Positions 9,226 to 19,529 are shown, numbered from the stretch's first letter. The stretch: DNA of 41,058 bases from Acidobacteriota bacterium (GCA_040755995.1 JBFMAF010000001.1:1-41058), one strand, 5' to 3'. Numbers and translations are program-made. The notes: generated from the letters alone by a model not told the origin.

Positions 9226-11442
9226 TTGCGAGTGAAGGGCGTGGGTAAGAAACGGCCCGCCAGACCGGTCCCAAGATCCCGCCCCCGTTGGCCATGGATC
9301 GCACTGCTCGTGATTGTGGTCCTGGGCTCGGCCGCAGTCGTCCTGCGCCGCCAGCGACTGTGGCCATTCGAGATGCGCTTACGGGCGCCGGGGAATCTGG
9401 TGCTCGTGACCCTCGACACGACGCGCGCGGACCACCTGAGCTGTTACGGCTACTCTGCGCGCACTACACCGAACCTGGATCGGCTCGCGCAGACGGGTGT
9501 GCTGTTCGAGCATGCCGATTCGGTCGCGCCTCTCACGCTGCCGGCGCACACGAGCATGCTGACCGGCCTTTATCCATACAACCACGGCGTCCGCAACAAC
9601 GGCGACTTCTATCTGCCTCCGGATGTGCCGACACTCGCGACGCTCCTGAAGCGGCAGGGTTATAGAACGGCTGCGTTCATCAGCGCCTTCGTCCTGGACT
9701 CGCGCTACGGGCTGGCGCAGGGCTTCGATGTTTACGAGGACCGGCTGGAGGGCAAGGAGCGCGCGCTGCAGGACTTCGACGTCGAGCGCAAGGGAGGCCA
9801 GACGATGCAGCTCGCGCTCCAGTGGCTCGAGTCGAACGCATCGAAGCCGTTCTTCCTCTGGGTGCACCTCTATGACCCGCACGAGAGCTACGATCCGCCC
9901 CAGCCGTTCAGAGAGGAGTTCACGTCTCTCTATGATGGCGAGATCGCCTATGCGGACAGCCTGGTTGCGGAGCTCGATGCGAGTCTCGAAGACCGTGGCA
10001 TCCGCGACAGGACGCTGCTGGTGATCGCCGGCGATCACGGGGAGAGCCTCGGCGAGCACGAGGAGGAGACGCACTCGATCTTCGTCTACGGCGCCACGGT
10101 GCGCGTGCCGGTCATGTTCAGCATGCCGGGCGGGATGCCCGAGGGGCTCCGGGTGGAGGCTCCGGTGAGCCTGGTGGATCTGTTTTCTACAATTGTAGAA
10201 ATGATGAACATACCCGGCGCCCCGCAGACAGACGGCCGGAGCCTGGTGCCTCTGATGCGCCGGCCGCGGGCCGGCGCAGAGCCGGCATGGCGCGACAGGC
10301 CTCTGTACTGCGAGTCGCTCTTCCCAAAGCTGTACTTGCGCTGGGCGCCGCTGCGCGCAGTGGAAGCCGGCCAGTGGAAGTACATCGAGTCGCCTCGCCC
10401 GGAGCTCTACCGCATCGACAACGATCCCGGTGAGACGCTCAACCTCCTTGCATCGAGCCCCGGTGTGGCCGCGGAGATGAAGACGAAGCTCGCGTCGTTC
10501 GCGGCGGCGGGCGGGACCGAGCGGTTTCATCGCGCCGCGCTGGATGACGAGACCATCGCCAAGCTCGCGGGGCTGGGCTACGTGGCGGCGGCTGCATACG
10601 CTGGATCGCCGGTCGAGTCCGTCGGCGACACGGACCTTCCGGATCCGAAGGACAAAATCGCGTTCTTCAACCGGATACGCGAGGCGCAGAAGCAGATCCG
10701 GGGGCGGCGGTTCGAGACTGCTATCCCGATGCTTGAGCGCGTGGTGGCGTCCGAGCCCGACAACGCCGTGGCGCTGCTCTTTCTGGCCAACGGGTATCTC
10801 GGCATGGAAGACTACGGTCGTGCGATTGCGACGTACCGGCGGTATCTGGAGCTGGTGCCGCAGAGTGCATATGCACATCACTGGATTGCGATCGCGGCGG
10901 TGCGGCTGGGCGACAGGGAGAGGGCCTTGGCCGAGGAGGAAGCGGCGATCGCGATCGACCGCCGGTTCGTCGATTCGTACGTGATGAAGGGTGGCGTGCT
11001 GGCGTCGATGGGGCGGTATGCCGAAGCGGTGAAGGCGCTGACGGAGGCCGTCGAGATCGATCCGGACAACGCAGGGCTCATGAACGACCTCGGCGCCGTG
11101 TACATGGAATGGGGAAAGCTGCGGGAGGCCGAAGAGACGTTTCTCGCCATCACGCGCCTCGATCCCAAGTACGCGCCGGCCTACACGTCGCTCGGCATCA
11201 TTCGAGTTGCGCTCGGCGATCCCGAGCATGCGATCGACTATTTCAACCGCGCGCTGGCGATCTCGCCGGTTCAGAACGAGGCGCGGTTCAATCTGGCGAA
11301 GGCGCTGCTTTCGCTCAGGCGGGTGGATGAGGCGCGGCGGCAGCTTGCTCTATTGCTCGAGCAGACGAAAGGCGCGCGAAACCAGCGTGTGCTGGCGATC
11401 CGCGGAGCCGCCGAGGAGCTGCTGGCGCAGCTCTCGGGGTGA
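9226..11442 (+). CDS. Membrane-anchored sulfatase-like protein with TPR domain
   Basis: TLDTTRAD, PLTLPAHTSMLTG, HLYDPH, YDGEIAY, GDHGE and LAGLGY. N-terminal TM and multiple TPRs. Start is TTG 9226 or GTG 9232. Confidence 0.88.
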   Translation: MRVKGVGKKRPARPVPRSRPRWPWIALLVIVVLGSAAVVLRRQRLWPFEMRLRAPGNLVLVTLDTTRADHLSCYGYSARTTPNLDRLAQTGVLFEHADSVAPLTLPAHTSMLTGLYPYNHGVRNNGDFYLPPDVPTLATLLKRQGYRTAAFISAFVLDSRYGLAQGFDVYEDRLEGKERALQDFDVERKGGQTMQLALQWLESNASKPFFLWVHLYDPHESYDPPQPFREEFTSLYDGEIAYADSLVAELDASLEDRGIRDRTLLVIAGDHGESLGEHEEETHSIFVYGATVRVPVMFSMPGGMPEGLRVEAPVSLVDLFSTIVEMMNIPGAPQTDGRSLVPLMRRPRAGAEPAWRDRPLYCESLFPKLYLRWAPLRAVEAGQWKYIESPRPELYRIDNDPGETLNLLASSPGVAAEMKTKLASFAAAGGTERFHRAALDDETIAKLAGLGYVAAAAYAGSPVESVGDTDLPDPKDKIAFFNRIREAQKQIRGRRFETAIPMLERVVASEPDNAVALLFLANGYLGMEDYGRAIATYRRYLELVPQSAYAHHWIAIAAVRLGDRERALAEEEAAIAIDRRFVDSYVMKGGVLASMGRYAEAVKALTEAVEIDPDNAGLMNDLGAVYMEWGKLREAEETFLAITRLDPKYAPAYTSLGIIRVALGDPEHAIDYFNRALAISPVQNEARFNLAKALLSLRRVDEARRQLALLLEQTKGARNQRVLAIRGAAEELLAQLSG

Positions 11443-11536
11443 GACCCTGCCCGGAGCGTTGTCTTCTCGAGGAGCCCGTGAGAATCCAACCACGCCGTTG
11501 CTAACCATTGCTAGCCAAACCAGAACCACAACCACA

Positions 11537-11563
11537 CCGCCTGGCTTTGACAAGCCAGGGGCG
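11537..11563. repeat. REP/IS200-end-like palindrome
   Basis: CCTGGCTT-TGAC-AAGCCAGG perfect 8-bp stem (11540-11559), extendable by CGC/GCG. No U-tract. Confidence 0.55.
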
Positions 11564-11611
11564 ATGCATTAGGGTGACGCTTCGTGCGATGTATTTTGAG
11601 GGGAAACGTGC

Positions 11612-12406
11612 ATGGAACGTCGCATTCTTATCACGGGTGGATCCAAGGGGATCGGCGCAGCGATAGGTGACGCGGCGGCGCGCCGAGGTTGGACGAACCT
11701 CGTTGTGGGCCGTGACGAGGCGGCGATGCGCGCGCTGATCGACCGCTGGCGCGCGCGCAGTCCCGTGCGCGAGCACAAGTACCTGGCGCAGGATCTGATC
11801 GAGCCTTCCGCCGTGGAACGGATCGCGAAGTGGCTCGACGAGGTCGGATCGCCCGATACGGTCGTCCAGAACGCCGCCACGGGCTTCTTCGGCCGGTTCG
11901 CGGAGACCGGCCTTCAGAAGCATGCGGACACGATCGCGCTGGGTGTGCGGCTGACAGTCGAGCTGACCCATGCGCTGCTGCCGCCGCTGTGTCGACTACC
12001 GCATGGATACCTCGCGTACGTGGGCTCTACATCGGGCCGCAAGCCTGTCCCCTACATGAATGTGTACAGCAGCACCAAGGCGTTTCTGCACAACTTCGCT
12101 GTTGCGCTTCGAGCCGAGCTTGCTGGCGGCCCGCCCAAGGTGCTGTTGGCGATTCCCGGTGCCGTGCGGACGGGTTTCCCTGGCGCCGCCGGTCTGCCGG
12201 CGGATTTCACGGCGAGCGGCTTGCCACCGGGGGTTGTCGGCGAGATGATCGTCAAGGCGATCGAGGACGGCAGGGACGGGATCATGCCGATCGGGAGTCT
12301 GAAAGAGCGGTACGGCGGCTGGCTCCAGCGCATCCTCCCGCCGACGTTCTGGGCCAGCAAGATGCGCGCATTCTACGAGCCGATGCTGAGAAAGCGAGAG
12401 CCGTGA
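11612..12406 (+). CDS. Short-chain dehydrogenase/reductase (SDR)
   Basis: TGGSKGIG nucleotide-binding motif and YSSTK catalytic motif. Confidence 0.9.
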   Translation: MERRILITGGSKGIGAAIGDAAARRGWTNLVVGRDEAAMRALIDRWRARSPVREHKYLAQDLIEPSAVERIAKWLDEVGSPDTVVQNAATGFFGRFAETGLQKHADTIALGVRLTVELTHALLPPLCRLPHGYLAYVGSTSGRKPVPYMNVYSSTKAFLHNFAVALRAELAGGPPKVLLAIPGAVRTGFPGAAGLPADFTASGLPPGVVGEMIVKAIEDGRDGIMPIGSLKERYGGWLQRILPPTFWASKMRAFYEPMLRKREP

Positions 12407-12412
12407 CCCAGG

Positions 12413-12456
12413 TTTCTCCGATTCCCCGATTCTCCGTTTCTCCGATTCCCCGTTTC
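12413..12456 (+). repeat. 8-nt tandem array (WTTCYCCG)x5
   Basis: TTTCTCCG ATTCCCCG ATTCTCCG TTTCTCCG ATTCCCCG TTTC. Same unit as 19530-19597. Confidence 0.9.
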
Positions 12457-12521
12457 GGCCCCCGACCTCACCAGCCGCGAGGAATTCAGTGGCGCAGGCT
12501 ACACGCCTGCAGGGTAGCAGG

Positions 12522-14339
12522 ATGAGCGATCGGCAGTGCCGGCTGGCATTGCTGGCCGTGGCTTTGTTCTTTCTCGGCTACGCGCTGTCCTCGAGGGTGG
12601 GGAGGCTTAGCGGCTACATCTTCTCAGATGAGGCCACGTATCTGATGATGGCGCAGAGCGTCGCGCACGACGGCGACCTTCGCTACACGCGCGGTGACCT
12701 CGAGAGGGTGTACGCGGAGTACTTCGAGGGACCGCAGGGTCTCTACCTGAAGAAGGGCCATCGGAGTCGTCTGGCCTTCGGCCCGAGGTTTCCCTTCGTG
12801 CAGATCGAGTCCAAGCCGTCGAAAGCGCTCTACTACGCGAAATCGTACATGCAGCCCCTCGTTGCCGCTCCTTTCGTGCTTCTCTTCGGCGACAACGGCT
12901 TCGCACTCATGCACTCGGTACTGCTCGGCCTGATGTTGTTCGCGGGGTATGCGTATGTGCGCCGCTTCAATCCGGCGGAACGGTCGCTGCTCTACGCCGC
13001 CACCTTCATGATTGCAGGCGTGACAGTTGTATACCTGTTCTGGATGAACGCGGACTACTTCAACGTCGCGGCAGTGTTTTTCGGCTACTTCTTCTGGCTA
13101 TACAAGCACGCGCCGCACACAGAACGCACGTGGCTCGACTCGGCGTGGACCGACTATCTCGCCGCGGCCATCCTGGCGATGGCGACGTTTTCAAAAATCA
13201 ACAACGGTCTGCTCATCGTTCCCCTGGTGCTGCATGAGTGGCTGGGACGCCGCTTTCTTCGCGGAGTAGCCGTCGGCGCAGCCTTCGGGCTCGCGTTGTG
13301 CCTGTTGTTCGGCGTCAATTTCTGGATCACGGGCGATCTGTTCTACCAGAGCGGTGACCGCAAGATCTTCTACTTTCACTATCCGCTGATGGACCAGGAA
13401 TCAACATTCGAGAAACTGGGCATCCCGATGAGCACGACGGGGATGACGTTCTTGTTTTCGTGGCGAGTAGTCGCAGGCAACCTGTTCTACTTCTTCTTCG
13501 GCCGCTTCGCGGGTGCGTTCATCTACTTCCCGGCGACGCTGGCGGCTCTGTTCGTTCTGCGAAAGACCGCCCGGTCGCGGCAGCAGTGGATGGTGCTCGG
13601 AGTGATCGTCGCGGAGATCCTGCTGTTTATGCTAATGACCCCGTTCGACTACCAGGGCGGCGGGGCCGGGAGCCTGGGCAATCGCTACTTCCTCACGATC
13701 GCGCCGCTGTTCTTCTTCCTGGTGACCACGATTCCCTCGCCGCGACCCCTCTTCTGGTGCTGGATTTTCACCGGCATCTTCCTCTCGCAGATTCTGCTGA
13801 ACCCCTACCGGTCATCCTTCGAGCCCGGTCTTCACGCGTCGAAGTATCCATTCAAGTGGCTGTCGCCGGAGATGGCGTTGCTCTACAGTCTCCCGTGCAA
13901 CCAATCACGCCGCGCCAGCCAGGTACCTTTCGGCGGCGATCCGCCTCTGTACAAGCTGTACTGGCTCGACGAGCACTTCTACGGCAAGGAATCCAACATC
14001 TACGAGGGTTTCTGGACGCAGGGCGAAGAGGAGGCAGAGGTGATTCTGCAATCGCCCAAGCCGCTATCCAAGATCATCGTGCGCCTGGTAGGGGGCCCGT
14101 TGATCACCGAGGCGACGGTGAAGCAGGGGTTCTTCGACAGGCAGACAGTGCCTCTGCAGGCCAGCGAGGCGCGAGCCACATTCGATGTGGGCGGCGGGTT
14201 CCCGTTTCCCGGCCCGAGCTATCTTTACCGATTGAGGATCCGCGCCCACCAGGGCTTCACCCCGGCCTTCCACAACCCCGAGAGCAGCGATACGCGCTAC
14301 CTGGGCTGCTTCGTCGGCTTCGACGTCGTCCCCCGGTGA
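12522..14339 (+). CDS. Polytopic membrane protein, probable GT-C (ArnT/PMT-like) glycosyltransferase
   Basis: SDEATY acidic pair after TM1, about 10-12 TM segments, GNRYFL late-loop motif and a soluble C-terminal domain. ATG 12522 preferred to GTG 12489. Confidence 0.7.
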   Translation: MSDRQCRLALLAVALFFLGYALSSRVGRLSGYIFSDEATYLMMAQSVAHDGDLRYTRGDLERVYAEYFEGPQGLYLKKGHRSRLAFGPRFPFVQIESKPSKALYYAKSYMQPLVAAPFVLLFGDNGFALMHSVLLGLMLFAGYAYVRRFNPAERSLLYAATFMIAGVTVVYLFWMNADYFNVAAVFFGYFFWLYKHAPHTERTWLDSAWTDYLAAAILAMATFSKINNGLLIVPLVLHEWLGRRFLRGVAVGAAFGLALCLLFGVNFWITGDLFYQSGDRKIFYFHYPLMDQESTFEKLGIPMSTTGMTFLFSWRVVAGNLFYFFFGRFAGAFIYFPATLAALFVLRKTARSRQQWMVLGVIVAEILLFMLMTPFDYQGGGAGSLGNRYFLTIAPLFFFLVTTIPSPRPLFWCWIFTGIFLSQILLNPYRSSFEPGLHASKYPFKWLSPEMALLYSLPCNQSRRASQVPFGGDPPLYKLYWLDEHFYGKESNIYEGFWTQGEEEAEVILQSPKPLSKIIVRLVGGPLITEATVKQGFFDRQTVPLQASEARATFDVGGGFPFPGPSYLYRLRIRAHQGFTPAFHNPESSDTRYLGCFVGFDVVPR

Positions 14340-14351
14340 GGCTGCGCCGGG

Positions 14352-16118
14352 CTACTTCTCGTAGATGTAGCCGAGCGCCTTCAGCTCTTCCTGGGTTTCC
14401 TTGTCGATCTCTTGCTTCTTTGCGGGGCCTTTCACCACTTTGCCCATCCACTCGATCAGGTGCGCTTTCAGCGCGGCGGCGGTCTGCTGGTTGGACTGAA
14501 GGATGTCCGTCTTCTGCAGGCGGTCTGAACGAACGTCGTACAGCTCTTCGGCCTTGATTGCGTACGGCCACCCTTTGGCCTCGGTCTTCGGATGGATGTT
14601 CTTGGGGTTGTAGACGTAGCGATACGTCGAATCGACCAGCGTGAAGATCTCCCACGTCTCCGACAGCGCCTGGCCCCGGCGCGCACTGGAACGCACCAGC
14701 AGCGATTGCCCCTGGAAGCTCGCCGGAGCTTTCAGGCCGGCGATCTCGAGGATTGTCGGAGCGATGTCGACGATGCTCACCGGCGTCTCTTCCGCACCGC
14801 GCCGCGGCATGGACGCCGGAAGGCGGAGGATGAGCGGGATGTGGAGGGTGGGGTTGTAGACAGTGCCGGAGTGGAAGCTGAAGTTGTTGTGGTCGAAAAG
14901 CTCTTCGCCGTGGTCGGCGGTGAAGATCACCAGGGTGTTGCTGTCGAGCTTCGTCCTGCGCAACTCATTCAGGATGCGTTTGACGTAGCTGTCGACGGCG
15001 CGGATCTCGCCGTCGTAAAGGCTGATGATGTCGTTCATCTGCTGCGGCGCCGGCGGCTTGCGACTCCAGGTGATATCGGCCAGGGTCCGGTGCAGACCCA
15101 CCCTGGGGTTGGAGACCGGCCCGAAAAACGTGTCGAAAGGTTTCGGAGGTGCGTAGGAGTCATGCGGCCCGATGAAGTGCACCCAGTGGAAGAACGGCTT
15201 GTGCTGGTCGGCTCGCAGCCGCTGGAGGTACTTCCCCACCGCCTGCTGGTCTTTGTAGTTGTAGCGCTGATCGTAGCCGCGATGGACCGCGGTGCCCATG
15301 TTGGCAAGCACGGCGGATGTGGTGTAGCCCTGGCTCGACAGGATCTCTGCCAGCGAGATGATCCCCTCGGCCAGGCGATAGCCGTTCTCTGTCACGCCAT
15401 GAGTGCTTGGCTGGAGAGATGTCATCATGGAAGTCAGCGCGGGCCAGGTGGAGCTCTCCGAGGTATATGCGTTGGCGAAGCGCAGGCCTTGAGCGGCGAA
15501 CCGGTCGATGGTCGGGCTGGTGTCGCGCCCGTACCCGTAGCAATGCAGGTGATCGGCGCGCAGGGTGTCGACGCTGATGATGAGGAAATTCGGGCGGTTC
15601 GATGTGTACTTGGTGGAGTGAATCTCCGGGTTGCCCCACATCACGCGGAGCGCCGAGGCGCTCTCGACGAGGGGCTCGGCCCGGAACACGATCTTCGCCT
15701 TCCGGCCGGCGTACGCCGCTAGGTCGACCTCGACCTCCTTCCACGAAGCGCCCGCCGCCAGCTTGGTGTCGAAGAGGGATTTACAGTCGCCCTCGACCCA
15801 CAATCGAATTGTCTTCTCTGCCGGAGGCTGCGGGCGCTCGTCCTCTGGGTGGACGCCGATCGCGAACTGGAGCTTCGCGGCCTCGGGAACTTCGACATCC
15901 CACGTCAAGGACGCGGGCACCGAGCTTACCTGAGTCTTCTTGATTTCCTGCCGTATCCGGACCTCTTCCAGCCTCGAGGGAGCGGACATTCTCAGAAGCC
16001 CAGGCGAGGGCTTGGGCGGAGCAGGTGCCTTCGCGTGCATGCGGGAATACGCCGCGTATCCGGCGACGGCCAGCAAAGGTACAACCCCTACGATTGCGAG
16101 TTTCTTCATACCGATCAT
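14352..16118 (-). CDS. Membrane-anchored sulfatase-like protein with N-terminal beta-sandwich-like domain
   Basis: SVDTLRADH, STWPALTSMMTS, HFIGPH, YDGEI, ADHGE and C-terminal LKALGY. ATG 16118 with a GAGGGAG RBS. Confidence 0.88.
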   Translation of the reverse strand: MIGMKKLAIVGVVPLLAVAGYAAYSRMHAKAPAPPKPSPGLLRMSAPSRLEEVRIRQEIKKTQVSSVPASLTWDVEVPEAAKLQFAIGVHPEDERPQPPAEKTIRLWVEGDCKSLFDTKLAAGASWKEVEVDLAAYAGRKAKIVFRAEPLVESASALRVMWGNPEIHSTKYTSNRPNFLIISVDTLRADHLHCYGYGRDTSPTIDRFAAQGLRFANAYTSESSTWPALTSMMTSLQPSTHGVTENGYRLAEGIISLAEILSSQGYTTSAVLANMGTAVHRGYDQRYNYKDQQAVGKYLQRLRADQHKPFFHWVHFIGPHDSYAPPKPFDTFFGPVSNPRVGLHRTLADITWSRKPPAPQQMNDIISLYDGEIRAVDSYVKRILNELRRTKLDSNTLVIFTADHGEELFDHNNFSFHSGTVYNPTLHIPLILRLPASMPRRGAEETPVSIVDIAPTILEIAGLKAPASFQGQSLLVRSSARRGQALSETWEIFTLVDSTYRYVYNPKNIHPKTEAKGWPYAIKAEELYDVRSDRLQKTDILQSNQQTAAALKAHLIEWMGKVVKGPAKKQEIDKETQEELKALGYIYEK

Positions 16119-16218
16119 TCGGGCTCCCTCAGCAGCAGTGGATTCTAACAGGAACGAATCGGGCACGGAAGACTTCCTTGCCGCGCTGCCGCGCCTACGC
16201 GGACTGGGAGAAGCACCT

Positions 16219-16254
16219 CAGATTGCGCAGATTCGGAGGATTCCGCAGATCAAG
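16219..16254 (+). repeat. 9-nt tandem array
   Basis: CAGATTGCG CAGATTCGG AGGATTCCG CAGATCAAG, followed by weak 7-nt periodicity (TTCCCAA, GTTCGAA) at 16265-16290. Confidence 0.65.
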
Positions 16255-16337
16255 CGGGCCGTCGTTCCAATTCCCAAGTTCGAATTCTGATCCGGGCCCT
16301 TTTCATCTCACATTTTGCATTGCCGAAATCCGTGCAG

Positions 16338-18278
16338 CTACGCGCGGATTATGGTCAGATCCACCTCGCGCCCTGTCTCGTGCACCTCGTAGCCGCCGAG
16401 CGCGAGAGCCTGGTCGGAGAACTCCTTCGAGCGAACTACCGCCAGAAGGAGTTCGATCTTCTCATCTGCCAGGAACGCGCGTGGAATGACCAGGTCGTAT
16501 CTCTCGCGGGTCACCGGGATGAAGTCGAGGTCGAGGGCCTGGGCCGCGGCCAGAATGCCGAGTCCCACGTCGGCGCGTCCCGAGAGGACGGCCATGGCAA
16601 CGCCCATGTGGGTGTACTCCTCATTTCGGTAACCGATCACCGAATCGGCGCCGACCCCGGCCTTCTCCATCTCGTAGTCCAGCAGGATCCGAGTGCCCGA
16701 TCCGCCCTGCCGGTTGATGAAGGATACGTCAGGGCGGGCCAGGTCGCGTATCCCCTGGATGCCTTTCGGGTTTCCTTTGGCCACCAGGAACCCCTGCCAA
16801 CGGTGAACCAGCGTGATGAGAGCCACCGGGGTTTGGGCCAGATGTTTGCGAATGAACGAGCGGTTGTAGTCGCCCCTCTGCGTATCGAGCAGGTGCGAGC
16901 CGGCCAGGTGCGCGACTCCTTTGCCGACGGCGAAGAGCCCTCCGAGGCTCCCGACATTGCTCGACGACATCGTGATGCGCCCGCCCGACCGCTCCTTGAT
17001 CATGCTGGCAACCACATCGAGGGTGAGATCGTGCGAGCCGATAGCCAGTAGCTTGTTGCTGAGCGCCTCGACCGGCGCGAAGCACTCGACATTCACCGTC
17101 TCGCCTTCGGCCAGACCGCTCACATCCTGCGCTATGCGCACGATCCCATCGGCTCGAAAGAGCGAGCTGAGAGCACCGGCCCCTCCCGAGAGCGGCACGG
17201 CAGTCATCATCCCGCCGACTCTGCCCGCAAGCACTCGGACGTGTTCTTCGACCCCGACCTTCGACGGCAGCTTACGCGCCATCATCGCGCTCACGGACTC
17301 AGGCTCGGGCGGAAATGTTCCCTGCATCATGTAGAGAAGCGGCCGCACGAATTCGCGGAATCCCACCACGGCCGAGACCGGGTAGCCGGGGATGCCGACG
17401 ACGGGTCTGTCGCCGACGCACGCGAGGAGAGTCGGCTTACCGGGCATGACAGTGACTCCGTGCACGAGCAGCTCCCCGATCTCCTCGAACAGCGACGGCG
17501 TGTAGTCCTCCGAACCCGCCGACGACCCGGCGATCATCAGGATGAGGTCGTACCCACCGGAGAAGCCCGCGGTGACAGCTTCGCGCAGGCGGTCCCTGTT
17601 GTCAGGAACGGGCCGGGCGAGAGTCGCTTCTGCGCCGCATTCAGCCACCATCGAAGCGAGCACCTGGCCGTTCACTTCGAGGATCGTGCCAGCCGGGATC
17701 CGCTCGGGCGCCTCCTCCGGTGCGATCACTTCGTCTCCGGTGGGAATGATGAGAACGCGCGGGCGTCTGAAGACTTCGACCGCCAGCACACCGGCGGCGA
17801 GCAAAGCGCCTTGGTCGAACGGGCGGATTCGATGGCGAGCCGGCAGCAGAACCTCGCCCGCCACCATGTCCTCGCCCGCCTTCCGCACGTTCTGCCACGG
17901 ATACGCGCCTTCTCGGATCTCCCACCTTCCATCCGCCTCCTCGACATCCTCGATCAGCACCACCGCATCAGTCTCTTCCGGCAACGGGTCGCCCGTGTTC
18001 ACCGGCACGGCCCCGCTACCACCCTGAATGAAGATGGGCGCCTCCGGCCGGGCACCGAATGTGCTGGACGCTCTCACCGCGAGACCGTCCATGGCTGCGG
18101 CGTGATAGGCGGGGACCGAGAGCCGCGCCTTCACGGGCCGAGTCAGAATGCGGTTGAGCGCGCTGCGCACCTGTAGGGTCTCCGCCTCGGTCGAGAGAGA
18201 AGCGAACCTCGAGAAGAAGATGCGCCGTGCTTCCTCGAGCGTCTTGAGTCGGCGATAGAACTGTTTCTCTCTTCTCAT
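16338..18278 (-). CDS. moeA: MoeA fused to a C-terminal periplasmic-binding-protein-like (PBP) domain
   Basis: AAMDGLAV, PTGDE, PGKPT and GIPGYPVS. C-terminal GSHD, GSLGGL, INRQGGSGTR and ERYDL. Confidence 0.9.
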   Translation of the reverse strand: MRREKQFYRRLKTLEEARRIFFSRFASLSTEAETLQVRSALNRILTRPVKARLSVPAYHAAAMDGLAVRASSTFGARPEAPIFIQGGSGAVPVNTGDPLPEETDAVVLIEDVEEADGRWEIREGAYPWQNVRKAGEDMVAGEVLLPARHRIRPFDQGALLAAGVLAVEVFRRPRVLIIPTGDEVIAPEEAPERIPAGTILEVNGQVLASMVAECGAEATLARPVPDNRDRLREAVTAGFSGGYDLILMIAGSSAGSEDYTPSLFEEIGELLVHGVTVMPGKPTLLACVGDRPVVGIPGYPVSAVVGFREFVRPLLYMMQGTFPPEPESVSAMMARKLPSKVGVEEHVRVLAGRVGGMMTAVPLSGGAGALSSLFRADGIVRIAQDVSGLAEGETVNVECFAPVEALSNKLLAIGSHDLTLDVVASMIKERSGGRITMSSSNVGSLGGLFAVGKGVAHLAGSHLLDTQRGDYNRSFIRKHLAQTPVALITLVHRWQGFLVAKGNPKGIQGIRDLARPDVSFINRQGGSGTRILLDYEMEKAGVGADSVIGYRNEEYTHMGVAMAVLSGRADVGLGILAAAQALDLDFIPVTRERYDLVIPRAFLADEKIELLLAVVRSKEFSDQALALGGYEVHETGREVDLTIIRA

Positions 18279-19504
18279 AGCAGCACCACTTCAACCGTCT
18301 CGCCCTTTGCGAGCCCCTCTGAATGCAGAGGCACACGCAAGAGCGCGTCCGCCCTCGCCAGCGTAGATAGCATGCTCGACTTACCGAACAGGGGCACCGC
18401 CACGAGCCCGCCGGAGCCGGTCTCGAGACGCACACGCATGTACACCTCGAGCCCCGGCACCGAATGGACCGAGGCCGAGAGCGTCGCGGCCACGCGCCGC
18501 CCAAGCGGCCCCCTGCGCAGCGGCTCGCCCTGGAGGTAGCGCAGGAACGGCGCCAGAAACACCGCGGCAACGACCCACGCGGAGACCGGATGGCCCGGCA
18601 GGCCGAAGACCGCCCTGTCGCCGATCCGCGCAAGGAGCGTCGGCTTGCCCGGTCTGATGGCCACTCCGTGCGCGAGTACCTCTGCGCCGGGAAGCTCGGA
18701 GACCACCTTCAGCATCAAGTCCCGCTCGCCAACCGAGCTCCCGCCGGAAATGGCAAGCACGTCGGCCCCCGAAAGACCCACGAGAAGCGTCTCGCGCAGC
18801 ACCGCCTCCTCGTCAGTCACGATGCCGTGCGCGATGGGCTCCCCGCCGCAGGCCCGCACGAGCGCAGCCACCGAGTGCATATTCGCGTCGCGAATCTGAC
18901 CAGGCTGCGGTCGCCGATCGATAGGGACGACTTCGTCGCCGGTCGACACCACGGCTACTTTCGGCCGCCGGAACACCTGCAGCTCCGTGATTCCCAGAGC
19001 CGCGAGCAGACCGACGTCACACGAACGCACCTGGCGCCCGCACTGGAACAACGTCTCACCCCGTGAGACGTCCTCGCTCTTCTCGAGCACGTTTTCGCCT
19101 ACGGTCACCGGACGGAAGATCTCGACGAACTCATCCCGGCAGTCGGTGTGCTCCACCATCACCACGGCGTCTGCGCCTTTGGGCACAAACCCGCCGGTCG
19201 GTATCCTCGCCGCCTCGCCAGAACGCACGCCGAAGGCCGGAATCAGCCCCATTCTCACATCGCCCGATATCGTCAGAAGAGCCGGAATGGAGGATGATGC
19301 GCCGAACGTGTCAGCGGCGCGCACCGCAAACCCGTCCATGGTCGATCGAGGCGCCTCCGGCAGGTCTTCGGGTGACGCAATGTCACAGGCCACGGTGCGA
19401 TCGAGAGAGTCGTCGATCGATACGGTCTCCGCTGCGAGTCGCGGGAACACATCGAGCTTCTGTACGAACTGGTCACTCGTGATCACTCGAAGGAATTCAG
19501 CCAC
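18275..19504 (-). CDS. moeA: Molybdopterin molybdo/tungsto-transferase MoeA
   Basis: STMDGFAV, STGDE, SGGSSVG, IRPGKPT and GLPGHPVS. GTG start with GAGGAGG RBS; 4-nt overlap with the downstream moeA. Confidence 0.92.
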   Translation of the reverse strand: MAEFLRVITSDQFVQKLDVFPRLAAETVSIDDSLDRTVACDIASPEDLPEAPRSTMDGFAVRAADTFGASSSIPALLTISGDVRMGLIPAFGVRSGEAARIPTGGFVPKGADAVVMVEHTDCRDEFVEIFRPVTVGENVLEKSEDVSRGETLFQCGRQVRSCDVGLLAALGITELQVFRRPKVAVVSTGDEVVPIDRRPQPGQIRDANMHSVAALVRACGGEPIAHGIVTDEEAVLRETLLVGLSGADVLAISGGSSVGERDLMLKVVSELPGAEVLAHGVAIRPGKPTLLARIGDRAVFGLPGHPVSAWVVAAVFLAPFLRYLQGEPLRRGPLGRRVAATLSASVHSVPGLEVYMRVRLETGSGGLVAVPLFGKSSMLSTLARADALLRVPLHSEGLAKGETVEVVLL

Positions 19505-19529
19505 TATGCCTCCTCACGAATCGACTCCG

